DNA of 64,000 nt. It comes from Octopus vulgaris. Lineage: Eukaryota. The stretch covers positions 117,180,001 to 117,244,000 of the forward strand of contig OX597818.1 in NCBI GenBank assembly GCA_951406725.2. Direction: 5' to 3'. The position numbers and the translations under genes are program-made. Each line of letters opens with the position of its first letter. Positions within the stretch are counted from its first letter, which is position 1. The notes below the pieces were generated by a model. It saw only the letters and a program-made list of their open reading frames with translations. It was not told the origin of the DNA and did not search any database. Positions 51,247 to 64,000 of this stretch are shown here, piece after piece.

Positions 51247-52857
51247 GAAAAGTTAAATGAAAGCGCTCACGCACTAGAAAAAAACGTCTTCCCAAAAACA
51301 GATTAGTAACATCCTGATAAAATATTTCATAGCATTTTAAAAAAGTAATCTCGTTTACACTTCAATACTGTATTAAGTAATTCTCATAGACGTTCAAATA
51401 CATACATACATACATACATACATACATACATACATACATACATACATACATGCATACATACATGCATGCATGCATGCATGCATACATTCAAACATACATA
51501 AATACATTCATACATACATAAACAGTGATGTATACCGCCTCTGCCGTAAGCTTAACATTAATCTAAAATGTCTTTGAGTGTCGCATCATTTCACTTCGAC
51601 AACATCGTTTTACAACCAAACATCGAAATGCATCCTTTGACCAAGTTTGCATACATGAAGCTGATGACATCATAAGACTTGGAAGACAGCTCCTTGAGCA
51701 ACATTCTTTTTCTGATAACCTAGAATACATGTCCAAAGAAGTCGCACAATTCTACCGCAACAAATCATCAGATGGAAGGATGAGCGGAAGACTATGCATG
51801 GATATGTTAATAGAAAGCTCCGTGATTATAGTAACATCGATCATCAAATCAGTTTATCATAGACGAATAGACGGATTATTACCTACTTTGAAGGTTATGC
51901 ATTTGCAATCCAGGAACAGAAAATATCAACCAAGTACCTGATGAACAAATATTTTTAGTTGATAATATTAACAGCGATGAATTTGTCCAGAGAGAGAGAG
52001 AGGGGGAAGGGAAAGAGACAGAGAAACAGAGACTGAGAGAAACAGTGAGAGAGACAGAGAGGGGACGGATAAAACGAGTGATTGCTACAAGGAAATCTAC
52101 TTTACTATACCGATACTGGCCTAGATGGGTCCACAAATCTTTAGTTGCACATCATGAAACATATAACACAAATACATTTTTTCCAGAAATTTCATTCGTG
52201 TATAAACGTTCTTAATATTCAAGCTATCTCACTGGTGACTTTTCTAAAGCGATTCTTTAATCTTAAGAAGCCTGCTTCATAAGAAATATTTGCAAGCAAC
52301 AATAATATATAATCCGACTATATTTCGATTACATGTATGTGCACGAAAGGCTACATGAAAGAGTTTATGACCGCCTTAATATGTGTTAGTCAGGGACGAT
52401 AAACATTGATTACGATCTTACAAGCATTACACTCATGGTATCATTCATGCAATAGGAAATATATGTAACGAATTGAGAAACTGAATACAAGAAAACCGTG
52501 TTAGACGTGGTTATTGAATTCCATATCATTATGGTACAAGAGAAGTGATTATTAAGTGTTGCCTACAGGTTGTGAAAGGCTTATGTGTTTCTTCATGCTG
52601 CCATTGTTGCCGTGGTTCTTTGATCCCCGGTTTTGCTCTGAATATGCAGTTCTATGATGCAATTAAATCCAGCAATGGCTTTGTCATATTTTCTTGGACA
52701 TTGTTCCAAGAATTACATAATTTGACCTGAATTTCTGTCTTTGAAAGTGGAGCCTTATGATCTGTATTATATTTGGTAATTTCGTTGCTTTTTCATGCAA
52801 GTTCAGTAACATAACACAGATTCTTTTTCTTTCATGCACAGATATACATGTTTGCAC

Positions 52858-52888
<31 letters not shown>

Positions 52889-53823
52889 TGTATGTATGTA
52901 TGTATGTATGTATGTATGTATGTATGTATGTATGTATGTGTGTGTATACACACTCACATACACACTCATTCGTAACAAATTCAAATGAAGAAAGAATTGA
53001 AAGGTAAGTCTGTGAGTGAATAAAACATTTAATTCATAATCCTGATTCCCTCAAACGTATTTCATTGGATTAACGATTATAGAAGTTTTATTCCATACGT
53101 ATGTATGCATGTATGTATGGCTCAAAACTGTTTGATTCGTATTCGTTGGTACATTTCAGTTTCAAGCGTGATGCTAGCCGTCCGTCATTTTGAAGCTGAT
53201 TATTATTACCGTAAGGTGGACTGTGCGATTGGTAAATGGTGGTCTTGCTCATGGGGTTGGTTGGTTGGTAGCGGTGATCATGGTGCAGGCAGCGCAGAGT
53301 AGCAGCTCGTGCAAAGGTGGTATATTTGAGTTGTAGACAGTCAAAGGCCTGATATTGGCCAGAAGAGCATATCTCTGGTGACAGCAATACGATAAATAGT
53401 ATTTCTTGCTGACAGATACTGCGGGTTACTGGATGCTGTTGGAGAATTATTCGTAAACACTGCATTGCGCCATTACTTTGTTATTTATCTCGATCGGTCA
53501 ATCTACAGGCGCAAATCAGTCAACGTGTTGACTGAATTATATATAAAACTACAAGCTTTATTTATTTCGTTCAGAGTTGTCACTCTTAGGCACATCCCAT
53601 CGACAAGAATCAATAAATTCTAAACATTGATGTCTGAGATTCCCGAGAGAGGGGGACACTGAACGAACAAGGTGTTTCACATTTTTTCACCATAAGAGTG
53701 GTTTTCCCCCACTGTAACTGCAGTGTATTTGTCTTTAGCAGTTGAAATATGTAACGAACATATTTCAACTAACATAAACTGTGATTATACGTAAACACTG
53801 CTTTGCGCCATTACTTCGTCATA

Positions 53824-54346
53824 TCTATATATATAAAACTGTAGTTGTGTGAGTGTCTGTCCCCTTCGATTTAGATTCCTAACTACTCCCACATTTTGCG
53901 GTGCAGTTTAACCAAATTCGGGTATCTTATAGTCGTGATTCATATCGAGCCCGTCTGAGTATTAGCGGTCGTCTACGATGAGTCTACGATTTAAAACATA
54001 ATTTAACATTATTTTTTATTCCATTTTAATGCATAATTTTTCGTGTGTCGATGGCGGCGGAGTTGCCGTCGATGGTCACACCTGCACCTGTTTGCTTCTC
54101 CCCCTTCTTTCCTCCCTCGTGAAGCTGTGGGGAAGGGAGTGTAAGGAAATCAACGTCGTAAAGCGTTGTCAAGGAGACCAGCCTTCTTTTAGAACAACGA
54201 CTTCATGGCTTGAAGACACCAAAACAGAAATGGGTAAGAAAGCCCGAATTGGCATCTATAAAGTAACTCTTTAAAAATAGTAGCTCTATAAAAATGCTTA
54301 TATAGTTATTTCCCTTACAAACCCGAGCAACGCCGGGCGAAACTGC

Positions 54347-54349
<3 letters not shown>
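53824..54349 (+). mobile_element. Non-autonomous Helitron
   Basis: A|TCTATATATATAAA start; subterminal hairpin CCCGAGCAACGCCGGG; CTAC|T end (CTAG in the sister copy). Confidence 0.8.
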
Positions 54350-54747
<398 letters not shown>

Positions 54748-54754
54748 TATATAC

Positions 54755-54821
<67 letters not shown>

Positions 54822-55378
54822 AATATATATACATACGTACGTACATAAACATATATGTATGTTAATAAAATCCAAGTTACATATGATACATAGTTACGGG
54901 AACCTCAGAAGAATTATCCAAACGACCGGTAGACCGCAAGTTAATATTCAGGTGAAGTTGCTAAACGTGAACTATAAAATAACCTTTTTCATCTTATCGC
55001 ACTTCGATACGGGTAAATATTCACAACCGTCTGAATCAATATTGTTCCTGAAAGGTGCTTTTAATATCTTCAACGAACTACTTGATGCTCATTAAATTCC
55101 TACACCTTGATTCTTAGTTATTAGCTTTGTATATCTGTATCAATGTCTATGTCTATCTTTGTATACATCTGTCTATCTATGTATCGATCTATCTGTCTGT
55201 ATGGGGGATATCTTTTTCTACCACAAGCACTCTTTGATGCAAGACAACTGGATGCACAATATCCTACCCCGAGTGAACAGATGAAGGATGGGTCGAAAAG
55301 ATTATAATACTCAATAAAGATTCGTACTAAATCCATCACAAGTTTCCTACATCAATTACACACACGCACACACATGTA

Positions 55379-55422
<44 letters not shown>

Positions 55423-55616
55423 GGTATGTACATATATGTATATATATATATGCATATATTTATATGTTATATATATATGTGTACATATATATTTATAGGT
55501 ACTGTAAATTTAGGGTCAATACTTGATAAGTGTAAGCACCTGTATACACCAGATAGTGGCAGAGGTGAGAGAATATATCAAAATCTTTTGTGTTCTGTTT
55601 TTAATTTTATTTGGTA

Positions 55617-56013
55617 CTAGCAGTATCGCCGGGCGTTGCTCGGGTATGTAAGAGAAATAACTATATAAGCATTTTTAGAGATGTAAAGTATAATAGCCAT
55701 CTCAATATGGCAAACCACAAAGGGGGCGTGTTACTGTAGCTTTTTACTTTCTAAGATTTAATAATAAATTTTTAGAGAGTTACTTCCCTTATATATGCCA
55801 AAAATGCATTAAAAATGGGAAAAATTGATGGTAAATGTTTTTTTTATATCGTAGACACATCGTAGACGCGCGCTAATACCCAGAAGAGCTCGATATAAAT
55901 CACGACTATAAGATACCCGGTTTTGGTTAAAGTTCACCGCAAAATGTGGGAGTAGTTAGGAATCTAAATCGTAGGAGACAGACAGCACACAACCTCACTT
56001 TTATATATAAAGA
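55617..56013 (-). mobile_element. Non-autonomous Helitron (sister of 53824-54349)
   Basis: Minus strand has A|TC start at 56013, a subterminal hairpin and a CTAG|T end at 55617. Shares about 200 bp of 5' and about 60 bp of 3' sequence with the plus-strand copy. Confidence 0.82.
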
Positions 56014-57313
56014 TTTATATATTTATATATATGTGTGTGTGTCTGTGTGTGTGTGTGTGTATCTATGTGTGTGTGTATTGAGTACAAGCATGCACATATA
56101 TGAATACACACACATATACGTGTTTGTATGCATAAATATGTGTCTGTGTATATATGATAAAAGGGTAGACAGACAGAGAGATAGATAGATAGATAGATGC
56201 ATGTGTACAGTTGTATATAATGATATATCTTAAATGTAGAAAAAATACCACATATGCTGCAAAAATCTCATTGGTCAAACACCGCGTGATGTCATCGGTG
56301 CCCTTTAATTTTTATTATTTTTTTATGGTTCTAATATATTTTTCCGATCCGCACACGTCCCCTAACACATATACTCACATCGTTGTATGCCCAGGTATAT
56401 ATTTTGTGTTCGTGTTATGGATAATGATATAATGGAATGCGATAAGAAAATACCACAAATAATGCACAAACCTCATTGGTCAATTTACGCGTGATGTCAT
56501 CAATCGCTTATGTTTATCATTCTATATATTTCGATCTATTATGTAGAAGTATTTTCCGTTATTACGCACTAAGACACACTTGTATTCATACACATACTCT
56601 GAAAGACAAAAGCATAATCACATACACATGTGTATATAGGTGTGTTTGTGTATCAGTATATAAATCAATTTTGTATGTTTGAGTATATTTTGGTATGTGC
56701 ATATACGTATGCAATAGCGGCTATACATATTTGATGATAATATTGAAAGCAACACCGGGGGACATATATCTTCTTGATTACAGTATTTTTCCCCTTTATG
56801 TCTGATAATATTTGCCTTTCATTAATTATTCATTCAGTTGTCGACGTTGAATATTTATTCTTTCCAACCCCCATTATGAGTCCCTTGTCCGCTCTTTCAC
56901 CTTTCTCCAATATACTATATTACAACATTGAAACGATTTTTATTGTGTTAAATATGTATCGTTTTCATTTCATTCTCACACTGTTAGCCATTCCGATACA
57001 CACACATACACATACAGACACACACACACACCACACAGGTACACAGACACACACCACACACAGACACACACACAGACACACACACAGACACACACACACA
57101 CACAAATACACACACTCACACACTCTCATAAGCATACGTTATATATGTATAAGTATATATAAGTATACGTATATATGTATATAAATGTATATTAATTACT
57201 TACATATATGTATGTATGTATACTATGTGTGTGTATATATATGTATATAAATACATATATATATCTACATATATTTAAATATATATATACATACATAAAT
57301 CCAAATATATACG

Positions 57314-57344
<31 letters not shown>

Positions 57345-57935
57345 GTATATATATATATATGTATATATATATTTATATATATTTATATGTATTTATATAT
57401 ATATCTATGCATATATATATATATATATACATATATAATATAGGTATGTATATATATATTCATACAAATGTAAAACAATTGTTGAGATCCAAGATTTTTC
57501 GCAGCTGTTATATTGTTATATATATATATATATATATAACCTCAAACACACATACACAAACTCATACGTTTCCGTTGGTTTGCCTTTTTCTTTTTCCTTG
57601 TTTTTTTAAAATTCTTTTTCCATTTCACCTTTGTTGCAGAGTCTATTCTCGTTTGTTTAACCCTTTCCACATTTTTTTCTTTCTTATTTTTTAGCTTCTA
57701 TGATTGTTTATTTTTTTTATGTAATTGCGTCCTTTTTATCGCCTGTTATATCATTCCGATGCTAAATCTCCTTTACTGGCATTTTATACCCGTAACCTTT
57801 TAAGCTAGGCTTTCGGCGAGGTATCATCTTGTACAACACCATTGTAATTCTGTCATCGCTTCGATTATATTCGAGATGGAAAATTCCATCGCCGTATTGT
57901 AATCTAGCTTGATGAACTTAGACAATTATTAATAG

Positions 57936-58001
<66 letters not shown>

Positions 58002-58227
58002 ATAATTAATAATATCAGGGTAAGAAAAAATTTAGACATTTTTACTACCAGTAACCTAGCGTGTAGAAAAATTAGTCAATAACATCGACATTATTTTAAT
58101 TGCTGCCGATAAAAAAACTGCGCTTGCGTGGTGGATTTGAAAAATTGTAATATTTTTTTTTATATATATATATAAGCACGGGATACATGCTGGATTGCCT
58201 CGTATTGATATGTTTAATCTAGGCGAA

Positions 58228-58297
58228 CCTGCTGATGAAGACTTCGCCTAGCAAATTATTTTATTTGCTAATATAATGTCAGAACCCATGGTCCAGG
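58228..58297 (+). ncRNA. Degenerate hammerhead motif in an element (about 58000-58420) between (TA)n tracts
   Basis: Helix I CCTG/CAGG; CTGATGA 58232-58238; stem II GAC/GTC with inner hairpin TAGCAAAT/ATTTGCTA; GAAA box altered (AGAAC); CCATGG; GUC 58291-58293. Confidence 0.55.
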
Positions 58298-58418
58298 AGG
58301 TAGATGGTAAGTGTTTTTAGCTTTCATTCCCTTCGAAATTTATCCCTATTGGTTATTCCTTCTAGCATGCCAGATATCCCATGATGGATAGCGCTAATGT
58401 GTTTGAATGTACACTGTA

Positions 58419-58475
<57 letters not shown>

Positions 58476-58476
<1 letters not shown>

Positions 58477-58972
58477 AATTAATAATAAATATTAGGGAAT
58501 AAATCCAAACTTACAGAGAAAAATCAGATTTAGGATTGAATCCAATTTTATAGTAGAATATTATATTATATTAAATTAGAGATAAAACCACTATTAGGCA
58601 AATCATACAATGAAAAACTTAAGCCAATACATAAGACTATTTAATTTATATTATTTAAATATATAACAAAATTATTTAAAAAATATAATTAATATAACAC
58701 TACGATCGTTTCATGACTTTTAATTTCTTTAAAATTTCGAGTTACAGTCATTCATCAGGTGGTTTAAATATTTAACTTGATGAATGACTGTAACTCGAAA
58801 ATTCAAAGAAATTAACAGCCATGAAACGATCGTAGTGTTATATTAATTATATTTTTTAATAATTTTGTTATATATTTAAATAATATAAATTAAATAATAT
58901 TATGTATTGGCATAATATTTACATTGTATGATTTGCCTAATAGTGGTTTTATCTCTAATGTAATATAATATA
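58476..58972 (-). mobile_element. Palindromic HHR element (arms about 200 bp, 58563-58972) with a one-sided tail, in (TA)n
   Basis: Arms reverse-complementary around about 58767; unique tail 58476-58562; second copy at 28021. Confidence 0.82.
58696..58763 (-). ncRNA. Type I hammerhead ribozyme motif
   Basis: Minus strand reads CAC-CTGATGA-ATGACT...AGTCAT-GAAAC-GATC-GTA-GTG, with palindromic helix III ACGATCGT. The plus-strand mirror at 58777-58837 has TTGATGA. Confidence 0.8.
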
Positions 58973-59002
58973 TATATATATATGTATATTAATTATATAT
59001 AA

Positions 59003-59069
<67 letters not shown>

Positions 59070-59080
59070 TATATATATAA

Positions 59081-59143
<63 letters not shown>

Positions 59144-59158
59144 ATATATGTACATATA

Positions 59159-59215
<57 letters not shown>

Positions 59216-60243
59216 GGTTATACCATCTATAAAACGGTTTCTTTGTACTATTTTATTTTGCACTATTTTGATAAAGTTCTTTTTTAATCTAAAATATACT
59301 CTCCTTCATTTTCTACAATGCTCTTCCGTCTATCTGGTATACTTGCAAGGCCCCTCTTCCAAAATCACTTGTCCTTGTCAAAATATTATCCTGCGCTACT
59401 GTTCTTACCTCGTCTATAGAGTTCATATATTTTTTCTCTCCAATGATTTTGAAGACTGCATCTTAATGTTCATCTGTGGCTCTCACTGCTGATTAGTGCC
59501 TTTTATTACTTTTATTGACATATACATCTCTGCCTATGGGTTGTATAATTGCGATTTAGCCATATTATAAATATGTGTGTGTGTATGTTAGGTTGAACAT
59601 GATAAGCGTGTTTTTCAATACTTACGATGAACTGTGTATTGATTCTACATTCAAATTTTTTTTCTTTGCTGATTACTTAATGCCACTATGGTTTCCATTG
59701 TAAAAGTGTACCCATTTTAAATGAATTTAGATCAGACCCATATTAGAAACTGAAAAGTATATGAACTTAAGACAGTCTCTTAAGCAATGCCAGCGGAAAG
59801 AATTATTCAATCTGTCTATGGTAACAAACCCTTTAGCGTTTGGACAAATCAATGATACTTTGCTCTTTATCATCTAACTTCCGCATCATCTAACCACTTC
59901 TCGGTATAATCAAAAAGTTACTCTTGGCTTATCACTGAAGAGTAGATTAACTGCCTAGAATTATCACTATAGACGAAACTTTTATTCTCCATAAACGACA
60001 ATTCTAATCACAGAATCCAAAAGGAGAAACCACACTCGAACAAGAAAGGCGTTCGAAAAATGTTGCACTCTTTGTTTGGTAGGTTATGATGGGTGTCGTC
60101 TGACTTTAAAGCAAAGTGAAACAGGTATTTCGGAGAATTATTTCGTCAATTGGAAGCATTACAAAATAATTTGCTGGAAAAAAGTGACCATCAGGGTCAG
60201 CCGTAAAGTAGTGTTGGTCTTAAATGAAAATGCGGGGCCTGAT

Positions 60244-60591
60244 ATCGCCTCTAGCTAGCTGTGTGACACACGAACCTGTGTCCATTATAACCTTCGAACA
60301 GGGGAGGTCAGCCGCATCCTCTTGCTCGTCAGGCATCTGCATACTAGTTTCAAGGTATTTGCTGCCCCTTATCAATGCAGAGCAGCCGAACCCAGCAGAG
60401 AGGTAAATAATCCTTCGAACAGATGGTTAGTAGCGACGCCTGCTGAGTTCGGCTGATCTGCATTGATAAGGGGCAAATAACCTGAAACTAGTATGCAGAT
60501 GCCTGACCAGCAAGGTGAAGAGGCTGACCTCCCCTGTTCGAAGGTTATAATGGACACAGGTTCGTGTGTCACATAGCTAGCTAGAGGCGAT
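60244..60591. repeat. GC-richer imperfect foldback (arms about 155 bp, spacer about 40 bp)
   Basis: ATCGCCTCTAGCTAGCT.TGTGACACACGAACCTGTGTCC... and its reverse complement; ORFs 60224(+) and 60372(-) are paralogous. Confidence 0.9.
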
Positions 60592-61339
60592 GGCCTCTTG
60601 GAGCTAATCAACGGCAGCATTCGTCCTATATTTCTGGACTGCCATATTAGCTTGGCGATAACTATTGATTTAATAATTGTTTAGCTTTTTAAAATGATAT
60701 TGATATTCCTTTGCTTGGAAATCGGAAGAATTATACGCCCGAGGGACCAACAATTTCCCGAGTAGATGGGATTATGCTATCAATATGAAGGGCAAATATT
60801 ATGATTAAATATATTAATTATGGTCGGAGAAATGTTTACTTATTTCCTAACTTGAAATGTGAGATTTTCTTTCCACCCTCATAAAAATATGCATTTCTGC
60901 TTGGCAAAAGCTATGCATGAACAGACTATGAGTTTAACTACTTCTCCGCATTCAACGACAATCTACATTTACAGTATAGAGCTCTTGTAAAAGCATTTTG
61001 TGTTGTGTTTTGAAAATGTCATGATCCTACACCGCACTCTAGAATAGTTCCATTTCTTGTTTTAGATACTTTTCATTCATACCTGTGAAGTTTACCTCAG
61101 CATTTCTATCTAGTTTGGCTGTTTCATGTATTTTTCTTCGATTAATCCTATGCTTTCAAAACTGCCAGTCATTTCATCTTTTATTTTAAATTTGTCATTC
61201 CTTACACAAAAATCAATTGTCTACTTTTTTCGTGATTTTTATTTATTTAGTTTGCTGGATATTTCTTGTGTTTACACAGCGAATATTTTATCATTTTCCT
61301 ATTGCATAATAATCTTATTTGCTCCTTTTTATGATGTAA

Positions 61340-62629
61340 TTTTTAAAGTTATATTCCATAACCTTGCTCACAGTGCATTGGAAATCATACCGGGCAAGAC
61401 GGTTCCGGCTCTTCGACTTGGTGGCCAATAACGCTGAGAACCCCTACTCACACTTCCACGTAGAGAGGGAAATCAGTAGCTGGAGAAAGGCCTGACGGGC
61501 TACAGTCGGGTACGAGAAGGCCATGCTTAGGTAGAAGTTTATAGGAGAACATTCTTTGTGTTTCGTCTTTGCTGTCTCGTCAGCCTGGGTATCTATGAAT
61601 TCCTCTTGTTCCCCGGTCCCGACAGGCAACTCGGCTGGATCAACGGAGAATGGATTGGCAATGCAACCACAACATGTCTCGTCCGGGAAATAATGCATCA
61701 ACTCAATCTTGAGCAGCGAGAGGTGACGGACGATTTTGGGGAAAATACATTATTGGGCTCGCTGTCAAGTGTAGTCAGGAGTTCGTACATTCCATAGCGT
61801 TTGCTCTCCACGTTCTTCAACCACAGATCCAACTTCCAGATAAACGATCCCAGCTTTAAGATGAACTCTGTGACAGTGCATTTGGGCCCTTGAAACGACA
61901 GGTTTAAGTGGCTGAGGGCTACAACAATGTCCGACAGGTAGGCCAATCTTGAGATAAACCCCTCATCCTCTAGATCTTTTTGAAAATCATGTTCCTTCTC
62001 CGCGGAGAAAACAAGAATTTCATCTCTCTGTTCAAAGAGACAGCTCGTCGCATTACTCCGAGGGAACTAGTATGGTAGACGAGGAGACAGATGTGTTCGG
62101 AGCCAAAATCGTTGCAGAGCAGCTTGAACAGCCGAGTATTTAGAGCCGACGTTTTGATATTCGCAACCCTGGTAACTCGGTTCAAGAATGATGAAATCTT
62201 CGGAGGGAGCACCTGAGCACAAAGGACAAAAGAAGCAAACCGTTGCCAGATTACCTTGTGTAAGGCAGTAAACTTTGTAGACCCCAGTCAGCCTCTACCC
62301 AGCTCAGAGATAAAAGACACGTACCAGAAACCAAATAAACAGCTGTCGTTTATTAATGAGCACATGGCGCATTTTATTTGTGCGTGCCTTTAAGGTCACA
62401 CAGCATCACGCCATACTAAAGGATATGCGCATTGGTTAGACGGCGTTGATCACTGTACAGAGAGCGAATAAAAGTTAACCAATAGTATGCATGTAGTGAA
62501 AAAGTACTGATTACTGGTTGATTAATGTGGAAAGCATTAATCACATGCTGGGCGAATATTGGAAATGGCACAAACTAATAATCGCATATTACCCCGAAAA
62601 TGCTCGCGTACCACAGTTGGGAACCACTG
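61340..62629 (-). mobile_element. Degenerate hAT transposon of the Buster/Charlie (ZBED8/FAM200-like) group
   Basis: IKTSALNTRLFKLLC, AYLSDI..LSHLNLSFQG, F..KLDLW, YPTVARQA....STWKCE.GFS dimerisation motif. Terminus CAGTGGTTCCCAA at 62629, next to CATTAGAC (NNNTANNN). The other TIR was not found. Confidence 0.88.
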
Positions 62630-62829
62630 CATTAGACGAATAGCTAGAATGGTGACATATGTTACCATACACTCTATATTTACTTCTGTTATATTTATCT
62701 AATATATTTAAAACATTATTGCCTAATCTCTTCAGTTGTGAATTTTGTACACAGACCTGCTTTTAAATTCGTAAATATCTTTAGGTTTATGTCCGTTTAT
62801 CGCAGATTCTTTATGTAGCGTGTTGTTAC

Positions 62830-63033
62830 TCTATTACTCTATTATTTGTTTCAGTCATTTGACTGCGGCCATGCTAAAGCACCGCCTTTAGTCGAACAAA
62901 CCGACCCCAGGACTTATTCTTTGTAAGCCTAGTACTTATTCTATCGGATTTTTTTGCTGATCCGTTATGTTACTGGGACGCAAACACACCAAAATCGGTT
63001 GTCAATGGAGGGGGAACAAACACAGACTCACAA

Positions 63034-63086
<53 letters not shown>

Positions 63087-63236
63087 ACGGGCATCTTTCA
63101 GTTTCCGTTTACCAAATCTACTCACAAGGCTTTGGACGCCTCGAGACTATAGTAGAAGACGTTTACTCTAGGTGCCAGGCAGTGGGGCTGAACCTAGAAC
63201 CATGTTGTTCTTACCACACAGCCACCCCTGCGCCTA
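62830..63236 (-). mobile_element. tRNA-derived SINE, family B
   Basis: Reverse match to the copy at 35800, more diverged. Confidence 0.85.
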
Positions 63237-64000
63237 TGGCCACTGTGGTTTATTTAATTTTCGTATCATTAAGTTTGCCTTAATTCGTGTAAATATCTCA
63301 GGTAGATCCATAGTCTGAAATTGAGTTTTCCAGTCGACATGGCACAACGGAGACCGTTCATATATTAGAGATGCTCCATTTTTCTACAACAGTTGCCCCT
63401 GCTAAATAAACATTTTGGTAAAATATTTCGTCACTGGACAAAGACAGAGCGACATGCCAGAATATTTATATTCTCTTGGGAATAGGCTTTATTTTTATAA
63501 TTCTCTCTTTTTTATGTACTTTGTTCGGTTTTGTGGATCACTAATTAACTAATATGGTCAAACGAGCTTTTTTCGCCTTTCTTCTAATCGTGTTGAAACA
63601 AAAACGTTTCCCCGTGTACAATTTCTCAAATAATTTTACTCTAAAAGTTTTGTAGATTGTAGGAAAAGGTTTGAGTTCATACTATTTACAGTTTGTTTGT
63701 CCTATAGTTTTGAAAATTAGGCTGTTCTTCGTACATTGAACCAGTTTTTGCTTCCTGTTCAATCTATAGCATCTTAAATATCTCTGCTGGCATATAAAAT
63801 TTCATAGTTAAAAATTTAAAACTAAATTTGAAATTTTACCTCGTACTTCTGTCTTCCAATTGTTGCTGTAAAAGTCCTTTTATTTGTTCATTTATTTTGG
63901 CATTGAATCTAGTAATTGTCCTGTTGATATAATATTTCATTACGTTTCAAAGACTGTTGTTTAGAAGTGTCTCGTCAGTGGTAGGTCTGTCATTTTGTTA

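Noticed and set aside
60300-60520. GAAACTAGTA...CTGACGA motifs in the foldback as a type II hammerhead
   Set aside because: Helix I and stem II do not pair in register, and the other arm reads CTGACCA.

Overview
AT-rich, microsatellite-dense animal non-coding DNA. I found no supportable host gene, and almost all ORFs in the track are translated simple repeats. The repeat landscape resembles a cephalopod (octopus-like) genome, which is an inference only. The window holds a near full-length but broken R4/Dong-type (RLE) non-LTR retrotransposon at about 39150-43130 on the minus strand and two 3' fragments of relatives, all bordered by (TAA)n. It also holds a CR1/L2-type RT remnant, mariner and hAT(Buster) remnants, non-autonomous Helitrons and about 25 copies of three tRNA-derived SINE families. 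The most striking signal is not in the ORF track. Eight loci, from about six apparently different sequence families, carry type I hammerhead ribozyme (HHR) motifs. Several are built as head-to-head palindromes, one with perfect 235-bp arms, with an HHR on each strand and a one-sided tail, inserted into (TA)n microsatellites. This fits non-coding Penelope-like (pLTR/retrozyme-like) elements. Other oddities are a tandem duplication with strand-biased non-CpG C/T differences, a roughly 320-bp duplication flanking a SINE trimer, repeated SINE insertion into one site, and a TAA-targeted non-autonomous element. All alignments and folds were done by eye, and repeat boundaries are approximate.
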